Shown here: one piece after another, positions 26,125 to 35,907 of the stretch
How the letters are laid out: each line of letters starts with the position of its first letter
Numbering within the stretch: position 1 is the stretch's first letter
Assembly (NCBI GenBank): GCA_903858755.1
Contig: CAIOKC010000029.1
Location: 1,059 to 65,058 of the forward strand
Origin: an uncultured bacterium
Lineage (GTDB): Bacteria > Patescibacteriota > Minisyncoccia > Phycocordibacterales > UBA2100
DNA: 64,000 nt
Reading direction: 5' to 3'
Program-made: the position numbers and the translations under genes
The notes under the pieces: generated by a model
What the model saw: only the letters and a program-made list of their open reading frames with translations
Database searches by the model: none
What the model was told of the DNA's origin: nothing

Positions 26125-27597
26125 ATGGATTTCATACGCGACGCGCGGCTGGCACTCAAGGCAGAATTCGCGCCCCTTCTCGTCGGGGTTATTTTTGTCG
26201 TTTATGCGGGTACATACCAACTCACCGATAGTCCTGCAATCTGGTATGACGAAGGTTTCTATACGCAGCTCGCGATGAATCTTGCAGAGGGGAGAGGGCA
26301 GGTGCTCCAAATCGCGCCTGAGACGTTTGTCTCCGCTGCCGGGGTGACGGCAGGGTATCCCCTCGTCGGGCCAGTCGCCCTCTCGTACCGCGTATTTGGG
26401 ACAGGCGTTCTTCAGGGTCGGATAGTGATGGTAATTTTTCTTGTGCTCTTCATAGGTGTCGTCTACGCGCTCGCTCGCGCGCTTTTTGGAATATGGGACG
26501 CACTTCTCGCGCTTGCGGTTATCGCAACATACCCTGTTTTATATGGCAATGGGAAGAGCGTGCTCGGAGAGGTCCCGGGTCTTTTTTTCTTGGTGCTTAC
26601 GCTTCTAGCTCTCGTATGGCTTGAGCGTAGCGATTGGCGCGATTGGCGTGCGTACGCGCTGACCGGGTGTGCGGCAGGAATGTGCGTCGCCACAAAACCA
26701 ATCTTTATCATGCTCGGTCCAGCGGGCATTATCCCCGTGCTTGTCGCGAGTCGTGTGCGTGCGCTTTCGCTGCGCGGCGTCCTGATCACTGTATCGACAT
26801 TTGCGATGCCAATCATTGCGTGGTTCTTCATGCAGTTCGGACCAGGAGATTCTCTTGCCTCCGTACTTTCATTTTATGCGAATCCGTATGAGTACACGAC
26901 GGTCGGCATCGCCCCCATGATGCTCTCAAATGCGTGGCGTTTCCTGACGGAGTTGAGTCCATTGTATACGCTGGCATTTATCGTGATGTGGGGCGCCGGT
27001 CTGTTCGCACGCGTGCACAAGAAAGAGAGAATCTCTGTAGCAGAGTGGGTCGCGCTTGCGTTCTCCCTTTTCGTTCTTTTCTTTTTCCTTCGTACTCCTG
27101 GATGGTATCGTTATTTTTTCCCCGCAACGATGATGGCACTTCTTTTTGCACCACGCGCGCTTCGCACGACGTTCGAGCTTGCTGCGAATCGTACTCGATT
27201 TTCAGGGTATGGCGCATGGGCAGCGGGGATGGTCGTTCTTGCACTCGCATCAATACAAATATACCAGCTTCGTTGGGATTCATGGGTCGCGAGCTATTAT
27301 GGAAGCACCCGTACCGAAGACGTGCAGGCATACCTTTCGTCGATTTCGCACTCGGAAATCGTCTTCCTCTACAATGTACCCGAAGTGGCGATATTGCTGC
27401 CTTCGCGCAACTATCACCAATACCTTATCCCTCATCCGGGGCAAATAATTGGTGGGGAGGAGCTCTCGCTGATCGAGAAAGGGGGAGCCGATCTCGTGAT
27501 TATCAATCGCGAGACCTATGAGAACAACACGGCGCCCTTTGCGAAGTACCGCGTTAGAGGTACAGTGAGCCGGTACGCAATCCTCGAATCCTTATGA
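26125..27597 (+). CDS. ArnT/PMT-like polytopic glycosyltransferase (GT39/GT83, undecaprenyl-phosphate-sugar-dependent)
   Basis: Start at ATG 26125 (MDFIRDARL). YDEGFYTQLAMNLAEGRG is the DE-x-x-Y motif after TM1, and ~11 TM helices follow, typical of ArnT / dolichyl-phosphate-mannose protein mannosyltransferases. Confidence 0.65.
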   Translation: MDFIRDARLALKAEFAPLLVGVIFVVYAGTYQLTDSPAIWYDEGFYTQLAMNLAEGRGQVLQIAPETFVSAAGVTAGYPLVGPVALSYRVFGTGVLQGRIVMVIFLVLFIGVVYALARALFGIWDALLALAVIATYPVLYGNGKSVLGEVPGLFFLVLTLLALVWLERSDWRDWRAYALTGCAAGMCVATKPIFIMLGPAGIIPVLVASRVRALSLRGVLITVSTFAMPIIAWFFMQFGPGDSLASVLSFYANPYEYTTVGIAPMMLSNAWRFLTELSPLYTLAFIVMWGAGLFARVHKKERISVAEWVALAFSLFVLFFFLRTPGWYRYFFPATMMALLFAPRALRTTFELAANRTRFSGYGAWAAGMVVLALASIQIYQLRWDSWVASYYGSTRTEDVQAYLSSISHSEIVFLYNVPEVAILLPSRNYHQYLIPHPGQIIGGEELSLIEKGGADLVIINRETYENNTAPFAKYRVRGTVSRYAILESL

Positions 27598-28544
27598 AAA
27601 AGCGACTCTTTTCGGTCGTCGTGCCAGTTTGCAACGAAGCGGATTCGCTTGAGCGACTCTATCGAGAGCTCTGCACAGTGTTTGAGAGTGTGCCGTACGA
27701 GCCGGAGTTTATCTTTGTTGACGACGGTTCGACGGATGCGAGCCCGCACATTCTGCAGCAACTCTCCGTCGGTGATACGCGAGTGAAATATATCCAATTT
27801 TCACGAAATTTTGGGAAAGAGGCGGCGACATCTGCGGGTCTCAGCTATGCGCGGGGCGACGCGGCGCTCATGATCGATGCCGATCTTCAGCATCCGCCGC
27901 AGCTTATACCGGAATTTATAGAGAAATGGGAAGAGGGTGCCGAGATTGTGGTGGGAATACGTCGACCCCGCGCGGCAGAAAGTTTCCTGCGCCGGACAGG
28001 TTCCCGCATGTTCACAGCAATCATGAATATGATTGGCGATTCGTATGCGCCGCAAGGATCGACTGATTTTCGCCTACTCGATGCTGCGATAATAAAAGCA
28101 TTTCGCGCTTTTACGGAACGGGGGCGAATGACCCGTGCGCTCATCGACTGGCTCGGTTTCAAGCGCGCTTACATACACTTTGATGCGGCGGAGCGCTCCG
28201 ATGGTTCCGCGCGCTATCGCTATGGAGGGCTTGCTCGTCTTGCTCTCACCACGATCGTCGCGCATAGCAGGCTGCCACTTCGTCTGGCGGGATATCTTGG
28301 CGCTCTCATCATCTTTCTTGCGGGTTGCCTCGGACTTTTCGTGATTATCGAGCAATTCATGCTCGGTGATCCGCTTCATATCGAGGTTTCCGGCACGGCG
28401 ATGCTCGCTATCATGATACTTTTTCTCAACGGCATCGTACTCGTCTCGCTCGGGCTGATGTCGCTCTATATAGGCACAATCCACGAAGAGACCATGCATC
28501 GCCCGCTGTTCGTCGTCAGGAGGATATTAAACATCGAGGAGTAG
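27594..28544 (+). CDS. Polyprenol-phosphate glycosyltransferase (GT2; ArnC/GtrB/DPM1-like)
   Basis: FSVVVPVCNEADSL...FIFVDDGSTD...MIDADLQHPP plus two C-terminal TM helices. ATGA overlap with the upstream ArnT-like gene. Confidence 0.8.
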   Translation: MKKRLFSVVVPVCNEADSLERLYRELCTVFESVPYEPEFIFVDDGSTDASPHILQQLSVGDTRVKYIQFSRNFGKEAATSAGLSYARGDAALMIDADLQHPPQLIPEFIEKWEEGAEIVVGIRRPRAAESFLRRTGSRMFTAIMNMIGDSYAPQGSTDFRLLDAAIIKAFRAFTERGRMTRALIDWLGFKRAYIHFDAAERSDGSARYRYGGLARLALTTIVAHSRLPLRLAGYLGALIIFLAGCLGLFVIIEQFMLGDPLHIEVSGTAMLAIMILFLNGIVLVSLGLMSLYIGTIHEETMHRPLFVVRRILNIEE

Positions 28545-28545
28545 T

Positions 28546-29802
28546 ATGAGGCGTGTCGCAGTGACGGCAGACGACTACGGACTCACTCGCGCAGTTACTG
28601 ATACGGTCTTGGAGGCGGTCGATTGTGGTGCGCTCACGCGCGTAAGTATTCTTGCGAATGGCTTTGTATTCGACTATGCAGTCGCGGAGTATATGAAACG
28701 TCAGGATAGGCTTGAGATTGGAGTGCACGTAAACCTTACTGAGGGGCGTCCGCTGACTCGCGCTCCATTACTCACGGACGCGAATGGCTTCTTTCGTTAT
28801 ACGCCGCAAGGTTTGCTTGCCGTCTACTTCTTTTCTTTTCCCGCCGCAAGAGCGGCAATCTATGCAGCGATACAGGCAGAGGTCGAGGCTCAGGTAGAGA
28901 AGGTGCAGACTGCGCTCGGCGGTCATGCGATTGCTGTCGATGGTCATCAGCATATCCACGTGATTCCCTTCGTCCTTGACGTTCTCCTAGACATGCATGC
29001 GCGCTCGCGCTTCGCGCACATCAGAATCCCTTATGAGCATTTTGCTCTTGTGTTTGGGAGGATCGGCGCGTATTTCGGTAAGGGAATGTTTCGTTTTCTC
29101 GCACTCAACGCATTGTCGCACCGTGCGAAAGAGCGCGTGCGTGCGGTAGGTATTCCTCATAACGATTCTTTCATCGGCACGCTTTTCAGTGGGAGGCTCT
29201 CGGTCGACGTTGTCGCTGAAGCGCTCGCGCTCTCGAGAGGGGTCGTCGAGATCGGGACGCATCCCGGCTCAGCAGACCGGCAAGAGCTCTCCGGCTGGAG
29301 CGGAGACGTCGCGTGGCACTATTCGCCGTGGCGGCAGTACGAACGCAACATGTTGGCATCCGCCGATTTCCGAGAAACGCTCGCCGCGTACGTGGCAGGT
29401 GGTCTCAGTCCGCGTACTGACGTACGACGTGTCGTTAAATTCGTTCTCTCAGGCACCGGCGCTGCTCTTGTGCATATCTCTATTCTATACATGCTGACCG
29501 AATACTTCGGACTCTGGTATATCGCCTCGGCGACCGTGGGGTGGATCATCGCGTTTTTTGTGAGTTTCGCGTTGCAGCGTTTCTGGACGTTTGGGGACCG
29601 CCCTTCGAGAGCTGGACACGTGTTGCAATACGGGCTACTTCAGGCGGGAAATATCGTTCTCAATGCTCTTGGTGTCGCAATTCTCACAGAGTACCTGAGT
29701 CTTTGGTATATTGCGTCTCAGGTCGTAGTGATTGGACTTGTCGCCGCATGGACGTACGCGGCATCATCACGCATTATTTTTGCACATGCCGCTGCGCGAT
29801 AG
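28546..29802 (+). CDS. Fusion: YdjC/ChbG/NaxD-family carbohydrate deacetylase + GtrA-like 4-TM domain
   Basis: The N-terminus MRRVAVTADDYGLTRAVTDTVLEAVDCGALTRVSILANG...GVHVNLTEGRP is the YdjC-family metal-dependent deacetylase signature. The C-terminus FVLSGTGAALVHISILYMLTEYFGLWYIAS...RFWTF is the GtrA family. Confidence 0.7.
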   Translation: MRRVAVTADDYGLTRAVTDTVLEAVDCGALTRVSILANGFVFDYAVAEYMKRQDRLEIGVHVNLTEGRPLTRAPLLTDANGFFRYTPQGLLAVYFFSFPAARAAIYAAIQAEVEAQVEKVQTALGGHAIAVDGHQHIHVIPFVLDVLLDMHARSRFAHIRIPYEHFALVFGRIGAYFGKGMFRFLALNALSHRAKERVRAVGIPHNDSFIGTLFSGRLSVDVVAEALALSRGVVEIGTHPGSADRQELSGWSGDVAWHYSPWRQYERNMLASADFRETLAAYVAGGLSPRTDVRRVVKFVLSGTGAALVHISILYMLTEYFGLWYIASATVGWIIAFFVSFALQRFWTFGDRPSRAGHVLQYGLLQAGNIVLNALGVAILTEYLSLWYIASQVVVIGLVAAWTYAASSRIIFAHAAAR

Positions 29803-29848
29803 TGTACTCGCGGCACGTTCGCCCACCTCATCGTATCGTACGAAAACC

Positions 29849-32041
29849 ATGAATATCCTTTATCTCGCAAATATCCGTTTCCCGACCGAGATGGCACACG
29901 GAGCGCAGATCGCAAAAGCATGCGAGGCGTTCGTGAAGAGCGGTCATACGGTCGAACTGGTCGTGCCAGAGCGTTTTACACCGATTATCGATGAGCCGCT
30001 TGCGTACTACGGCGTCCGTACGCCATTTCGCGTCACGAGGCTAAAAGTGCCCGATGTGGTACGGAAGTGGGGCCGTTTCGGCTTTGTTGCACAAATACTA
30101 CTCTTTGGCATCGCCGCCGCGCGTTATGCGAGGCATTTCAGGGCGGATATTGTATACGGTCGCGATGAGCATGTGCTTTGCATCTCACTTCTACTTGGAG
30201 TACGGAACGTCGTATGGGAATCTCATGATGGAGCATGGAACGCCTCGGCACGCTTCGTCGCGCGGCATGCTCGTAAGATGATAGTTGTTTCAGAAGGACA
30301 AAGGAGTGTGTACCTTGAACGTGGTATACCGGCGGAACGTATCATCGCCGTTCCGAATGGGGTGGATACGGAAGATTTCTCGCACGCTGAGTCGAAGAGT
30401 GAGGCACGAAATCGTCTCGGTCTCCCGCAGGATGTGTTTGTCGCGCTGTACGTCGGTGCGTTCCAAGGGTGGAAAGGTACGGACACCTTGTTTGAAGCGG
30501 CAGGACTTTTGCCGCAGGGAGCGAAAGTGGCCGCGATCGGCGGGCGTCCCAAGCAAATTCAGGAGATGAGAGGCAGGTATCCAAGCGTCCTTTTTCTGGG
30601 CGAGCGACCATATCGAGAACTGGCTGACAACCTTTCTGCGGCCGACATTTGCATTCTTCCCAACACGGGAAGAGATCCGGTCTCGGTGCGCTTCACTTCG
30701 CCGCTCAAACTTCTTGCATATATGGCTGCAGGCAAGCCAGTCGTCGCATCCGATTTGCCGAGCGTCCGGGAGCTTACGGGGGACGATGCGGCGCTTCTCG
30801 TCGCGCCGGACGATCCGAGTGCGCTTGCGGAAGGTATACAGCAGCTTGCTTCCGATGCGCCGCGCGCTGCGCGTTTGGCTACGCGTGCGCACGAGCGGGC
30901 ACTGTCGTTCGATTGGTCCATGCGAGCACGCCGTATCCTTACCCATATCGGGACATCTCAGGTCGTGCCGGTGCTTGCCATCTATCGGGGCAACATATCT
31001 GAAAATAGGGGAACCCCCATACGGGTACGAAGCATTCTTGAACGTCTCGCACGGGATCCCCGGTTCTCGCTCGTCGTTGCGTCGTGGGATGAGGCGCTGC
31101 CTTTTGCCAGCGAACATATAAAACTCTCGAATCACAAATTCTCGGATATGCGCGCACTTCTTAAGATAGTGCGAGAAAAGGACATATCCGTTGTCATGGG
31201 GCACACGATGGCGACGTGGTACTATCTGACGTTTCTCAAAATCTTCACGCGTGCGAAGATCGCGCTTGAAATGCATGGCTTTATTGAGGTCGAAGCGCGT
31301 TTCTATGGTTCTATAGGACCGATACGGTACTGGATAGAGAGGATCGTGTACAGGTGTTTTTATCCTCTGTGCGCTCTTATCACCACATGTAGTGAGAATG
31401 CGGCAGAAATCCTGAGCAGATGTAATGCACGCGTCGTACCAGTATACGGCGGAGTCGACACGGATCTTTTTAGTCCCGATGTCGCACCGGGAGACTTCTT
31501 CGCGCGTAGCTCCGAGGACGTAATTATCGGATATGCGGGGAATATGCGCAGATGGCAAGGAGTGCCGTTCCTTGTAGAGGCATTCGCACAGTTACGCACG
31601 AGCGATGCTTCCTTCAGACTCGTCATGCTCTCGAGCGAGGAGAAAGGATTGCCGACAGGAGATGGTATTGAAGTAGTCGGCGGAGTTTCGCACGAGAAAG
31701 TTCCGTCGTTTCTTTCGGCATGCGACATCCTTGTCGTGCCGCGAATGGTCGATGCGGTGAGTAGTATTTCTTTTCCCTCGAAGCTGCCGGAGTATATGGC
31801 GATGGGAAAGCCAGTCGTCGCGAGTGCGACCTCAGATGCCCATCGCGTCATCACGAGCGGAGTCGACGGATTCACGTTTCCTCCAAGCGATGCGTCGACG
31901 TTCATCTCTATCCTCAGGAGTCTCAAAGATCCTGCACTCCGTGAGCGTATCGGAGAAGCCGCTCGTGAGACAGCTGTGTCCCGCTTTTCATGGGACCGAC
32001 AGGCTGGTATAGTTGCGGAACGATTATTGCTAATTACATAG
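29849..32041 (+). CDS. Tandem double-GT4 glycosyltransferase
   Basis: Start at ATG 29849 (MNILYLANIRFPTEMAHGAQ). Two complete GT4 units: ~1-370 and ~380-730, the second starting VLAIYRGNISENRGTPIRV. Confidence 0.7.
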   Translation: MNILYLANIRFPTEMAHGAQIAKACEAFVKSGHTVELVVPERFTPIIDEPLAYYGVRTPFRVTRLKVPDVVRKWGRFGFVAQILLFGIAAARYARHFRADIVYGRDEHVLCISLLLGVRNVVWESHDGAWNASARFVARHARKMIVVSEGQRSVYLERGIPAERIIAVPNGVDTEDFSHAESKSEARNRLGLPQDVFVALYVGAFQGWKGTDTLFEAAGLLPQGAKVAAIGGRPKQIQEMRGRYPSVLFLGERPYRELADNLSAADICILPNTGRDPVSVRFTSPLKLLAYMAAGKPVVASDLPSVRELTGDDAALLVAPDDPSALAEGIQQLASDAPRAARLATRAHERALSFDWSMRARRILTHIGTSQVVPVLAIYRGNISENRGTPIRVRSILERLARDPRFSLVVASWDEALPFASEHIKLSNHKFSDMRALLKIVREKDISVVMGHTMATWYYLTFLKIFTRAKIALEMHGFIEVEARFYGSIGPIRYWIERIVYRCFYPLCALITTCSENAAEILSRCNARVVPVYGGVDTDLFSPDVAPGDFFARSSEDVIIGYAGNMRRWQGVPFLVEAFAQLRTSDASFRLVMLSSEEKGLPTGDGIEVVGGVSHEKVPSFLSACDILVVPRMVDAVSSISFPSKLPEYMAMGKPVVASATSDAHRVITSGVDGFTFPPSDASTFISILRSLKDPALRERIGEAARETAVSRFSWDRQAGIVAERLLLIT

Positions 32042-32045
32042 TCTC

Positions 32046-32636
32046 ATGTCGAAAGAGGATTGGGCGGAAAATACTGTACAAAAGATATTCCAACGAGCCA
32101 ACCTGTGGCCATGGAAGGACGATGAGATAGAGACGATCCTCGACGCGGCGTGCGGGCTTTCGCTCAAATCGAAGTTCATTCCTGCCAAGATCCGCGTTGG
32201 CATCGACATCTATCCCGAATATTTCAAGCATATTGAAGCTACTGTGCCGTACGTGGTGATGAAGGGGGATATTCGCAAGCTTCGCGAATACTTTGAACCG
32301 AAGTCGTTTGACCTCGTCTTGGTGCTCGATGTCGTGGAGCATTTGGTAAAGGAAGAATCTCTCGACATGCTAAGACAGGCGGAGGAGATCGCAAAGAAAG
32401 CAGTGATCATAGAGACGCCGCGCGGGTTTCTACCGACCAATATGGATATTCTCGGTCACGGCGGTCATGACGTGCAAACCCATCGATCTGGCTGGGAACC
32501 TGAGGAATTCGAGGAGCTCGGCTACAAGACGGTCGTCCGCGATTACACGCTCACGAATGTGCAGCGCCACACAGAGATCACCGATATCGATCCTCACATT
32601 CAGATGATAGATGCCATTAAGATCCTCGACCGGTAG
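32046..32636 (+). CDS. Class I SAM-dependent methyltransferase (small)
   Basis: ILDAACGLS (motif I-like) and FDLVLVLDVVEHL (motif II/III-like). 196 aa. Confidence 0.55.
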   Translation: MSKEDWAENTVQKIFQRANLWPWKDDEIETILDAACGLSLKSKFIPAKIRVGIDIYPEYFKHIEATVPYVVMKGDIRKLREYFEPKSFDLVLVLDVVEHLVKEESLDMLRQAEEIAKKAVIIETPRGFLPTNMDILGHGGHDVQTHRSGWEPEEFEELGYKTVVRDYTLTNVQRHTEITDIDPHIQMIDAIKILDR

Positions 32637-32648
32637 CGTATACGCGTC

Positions 32649-33647
32649 TTGGTAACAGGTGGCACAGGATCATTCGGATATACCGCCGTAAGTCGTTTCC
32701 TTGCCCGCGATGACGTGAGCGAGATTCTCGTGTTCAGTAGAGATGAGAAGAAGCAACACGACATGCGTCATGAATTCCGCGACCACAAGAAGATCACTTT
32801 CGTAGTAGGAGATGTGCGTGATCGGGATGCTTTGTGGCACGTGATGCGTGGCACCGACGTGGTTTTTCACGCAGCCGCACTCAAGCAAGTACCTACGGGA
32901 GAGTTCTTCCCCTGGGAAATGGTGAAAACAAACGTTCTCGGTTCGCATAACGTCGCTGACGTCGCCGAGCAGTCTGGAGTAAAAAAAGTCGTCTTCCTCT
33001 CAACCGACAAGGCGGTGCATCCGGTGAACGCCATGGGGATGTCGAAAGCACTCGCAGAGAAGACAATGACCGCGTTTTCCCGTATTGCACGCTCGACGAC
33101 TTTCTGTGCCGTTCGGTACGGCAACGTGGCGGCCTCCCGCGGATCTGTTATACCGCTTTTTGTTGAACGGATAAAAGCGGGTGCATCACTCCCAATCACC
33201 GTGCCGTCCATGACCCGTTTTTTGCTCTCGCTTGATGACGCAGTGAATCTTGTCGAACTTGCAGTGGACAAGGGGGAGCAAGGCAACATTTTTATCAAGA
33301 AATCACCCGCTGCGACTATCCAGGATCTCGTTGCGGCACTCCAGGAAGTGTTTGGCACTTCGCTCCCGACGGAGATCATTGGCATACGGGAGGGTGAAAA
33401 AATACATGAGATACTGGCGCACGATCTCGAATTGATGAGTGCAGAAGATCTCGGCGATTTCTTCCGCATCAAGACACACAAAGATTTCGACTATCGTAGC
33501 TACTATGAGGAAGGTGAAGATAAAAGACCGCTGACACAGCACTATTCCTCAAATACAACGAAGCGCCTCACGGTCGCGGAGACGAAAGATTTCCTTCTCT
33601 CCTTGCCGTATGTCCAGCAAGAGCTCGCGGCATTCAAACGCTCATGA
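32649..33647 (+). CDS. fnlA: UDP-N-acetylglucosamine 4,6-dehydratase/5-epimerase (FnlA/Cap5E/WbjB-like)
   Basis: VTGGTGSFG...SRDEKKQHDMR...HAAALKQVP...VKTNVLGSHNV...LSTDKAVHPVNAMGMSKA...YGNVAASRGSVIPLF is near-diagnostic for the FnlA/Cap5E/PseB subfamily. Only a TTG start is available at 32649. The conserved beta-1 strand (RIRVL) is encoded upstream of it, after an in-frame TAG. Confidence 0.75.
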   Translation: MVTGGTGSFGYTAVSRFLARDDVSEILVFSRDEKKQHDMRHEFRDHKKITFVVGDVRDRDALWHVMRGTDVVFHAAALKQVPTGEFFPWEMVKTNVLGSHNVADVAEQSGVKKVVFLSTDKAVHPVNAMGMSKALAEKTMTAFSRIARSTTFCAVRYGNVAASRGSVIPLFVERIKAGASLPITVPSMTRFLLSLDDAVNLVELAVDKGEQGNIFIKKSPAATIQDLVAALQEVFGTSLPTEIIGIREGEKIHEILAHDLELMSAEDLGDFFRIKTHKDFDYRSYYEEGEDKRPLTQHYSSNTTKRLTVAETKDFLLSLPYVQQELAAFKRS

Positions 33648-34762
33648 TGAAGGTCGGTATCACCGGCTTGACTGGTTTCTTTGGTCAGCATCTGCGCTGG
33701 TGTTTGCACTCGATGAGAGAAGATTTTGAGATAATCGAGATCACGCGACCATTTTTCAACGAACGCGTCTCGGAATTGCCGGGCATTATGCGTAGATGCG
33801 ATGCTTTGATACATTGTGCGGGCGCGCATCCTGGGAACACAAAAGATATCGAGACCATCTATCCGACCAATATGGCGCTTGCCACGACCCTGACGCGCGC
33901 GTGCGAAGAAGCGGGAGTCGCACCTTATATACTGTTTGCTTCTTCTACGCAGCGAACACGTGCCAATCCATATGGCGCATCAAAGCGTGACGCCGGTGCG
34001 CACTTTTTGTCGTGGGCAGCGTCTCATCACGGTGCAGCGGCGAATTTGGTCATCCCAAATGAGTTTGGAGAGGGAGGGAAGCCTTTCCGCTCATCCGTTG
34101 TGTCGACCTTCGCGCACCAGATTGTCCGCGGAGACACCTCGGAAGTGAATGAAAATGGCGTCCTGACACTTGTGTACGCGCAGGATGTTGCGCATATGAT
34201 GACAGGACTCTTGCGGTCCCGTGAGACTGGGGACATCATCGTCCCGGGATCCGACATGCGAGTTGGTGATGTATATGCACTCTTGCGCAGTATGCATGAG
34301 TCGTATGTGGGCAACGTGATTCCTTCGCTGCCGAGCGTTCTCGATGTGCGTCTTTTCAATACACTTCGGTTCCACTTATACGAAGCAGGCTTCTACCCGC
34401 GTACTCTCGATGTCCGCTCTGACGAGCGAGGCTCCCTCTTTGAAGTCGTCAGGGAAAAGACGGGTGGGCAGACATTCGTCTCGACAACAAAACCAGGCAC
34501 AGTTCGAGGAAATCATTACCACGCCCGCAAGATTGAGCGCTTTTGTGTGGTAGAAGGCGAGGCAACCATCCGACTACGGAAACTACTCTCGGAGGAGATC
34601 CAGGAATATCGCGTTTCAGGCTCAGCGCCCGCCGTCATTGATATGCCGACCTTTGTCGTGCACAATATAACGAATACCGGGACAACTGATCTTATAACCC
34701 TTTTTTGGACACATGAGATCTTCGACCCGCAGGATCCGGATACATTCCAAGAAAACGTATGA
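33644..34762 (+). CDS. fnlB: SDR reductase with C-terminal cupin domain (FnlB/Cap5F-like)
   Basis: N-terminal KVGITGLTGFFGQHL Rossmann. C-terminal DVRSDERGSLFEVVREK...GNHYHARKIERFCVVEGEA cupin. Same two-domain layout and ~370-aa length as Cap5F. ATGA overlap with fnlA. Confidence 0.65.
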   Translation: MMKVGITGLTGFFGQHLRWCLHSMREDFEIIEITRPFFNERVSELPGIMRRCDALIHCAGAHPGNTKDIETIYPTNMALATTLTRACEEAGVAPYILFASSTQRTRANPYGASKRDAGAHFLSWAASHHGAAANLVIPNEFGEGGKPFRSSVVSTFAHQIVRGDTSEVNENGVLTLVYAQDVAHMMTGLLRSRETGDIIVPGSDMRVGDVYALLRSMHESYVGNVIPSLPSVLDVRLFNTLRFHLYEAGFYPRTLDVRSDERGSLFEVVREKTGGQTFVSTTKPGTVRGNHYHARKIERFCVVEGEATIRLRKLLSEEIQEYRVSGSAPAVIDMPTFVVHNITNTGTTDLITLFWTHEIFDPQDPDTFQENV

Positions 34763-35907
34763 ATAAACAGCATGTGCAAAGACCAAGGGTTATGACAGTG
34801 ATCGGCACGCGCCCCGAAATCATTAAGCTCTCAGTAGTGATAAAAGAGCTGGACCGAAGTACTGACCATATACTTGTACATACCGGTCAAAATTACGATT
34901 ATGAGCTAAACGAGATCTTTTTCAGAGACCTAAAGCTCAGGAAGCCGGATCATTTTCTAGAAGCTGCCGGAAGCAATGCCGCGGAGACGGTCGGCAATGT
35001 CATCACAAAGATCGACGCACTGCTCGAAAAAGAACGACCCGATGCATTCCTGATTCTCGGAGACACCAACAGCTGTATGGGAGCATACGCCGCAAAACGA
35101 AGGAAAATCCCCATTTTCCACATGGAAGCGGGGAATCGATGCTTCGATTTCCGTGTCCCTGAAGAGGTGAATCGTCGTCTGATTGACCACATGAGTGACG
35201 TCAATCTGGTCTACAGCGAGGCAGCAAGACATAATCTGCTGCGCGAGGGGCTACCGATGGATAGAGTCATTAAAACTGGTTCACCGACATACGAGGTACT
35301 CATGTCTCATCAGAAGGATATCGACGCTTCGCCGGTGCTTCGAGATCTCGGACTCGATCGAGAAGGATATTTTGTATTATCAGCGCACCGAGAGGAGAAT
35401 ATCGGTATTGGAAAGAATCTTGAGAGACTCATTTCGATCATACGATCGCTCGCGGAGACATACAAGAAACCGATTATTTTTTCGGTTCATCCGCGTACAA
35501 AGAAGCGTATCGAAGAAGACGGAGTCCTCCTTCCTGAGGAAGTGCGCGCGATGAAGCCATTGGGGTTTTTCGATTACGTGCAGCTACAGATGCACGCGAT
35601 TTGTACTCTCTCCGATAGTGGGACGATCAGCGAGGAATCTTCCATGTTGAATTTCCCCGCAGTGAATTTGCGCGAGACCCATGAACGCCATGAAGCAATG
35701 GATGAAGCTTCTGTCGTGATGACAGGACTGCATCCTGAGCGGGTTATGCAAGCGATTGATGTCGTGCGGCACCAGAAGCGAGGTGCTGATCGCGAGTTCT
35801 CTGTGCCGGTCGACTATCACGTGCCCAACGTCTCTAAAAAGATTGTTCGTATCATCGTGAGTTATATTGACTACGTCCAGCGTGTCGTTTGGTCGGAAGT
35901 GCGGTAA
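34759..35907 (+). CDS. fnlC: UDP-N-acetylglucosamine 2-epimerase, non-hydrolysing (FnlC/Cap5G/WecB-like)
   Basis: VMTVIGTRPEIIKL...HTGQNYDYELNEIFF...LGDTNSC...HMEAGNRCFD...VHPRT are the WecB-family motifs. 382 aa. Confidence 0.8.
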   Translation: MNKQHVQRPRVMTVIGTRPEIIKLSVVIKELDRSTDHILVHTGQNYDYELNEIFFRDLKLRKPDHFLEAAGSNAAETVGNVITKIDALLEKERPDAFLILGDTNSCMGAYAAKRRKIPIFHMEAGNRCFDFRVPEEVNRRLIDHMSDVNLVYSEAARHNLLREGLPMDRVIKTGSPTYEVLMSHQKDIDASPVLRDLGLDREGYFVLSAHREENIGIGKNLERLISIIRSLAETYKKPIIFSVHPRTKKRIEEDGVLLPEEVRAMKPLGFFDYVQLQMHAICTLSDSGTISEESSMLNFPAVNLRETHERHEAMDEASVVMTGLHPERVMQAIDVVRHQKRGADREFSVPVDYHVPNVSKKIVRIIVSYIDYVQRVVWSEVR

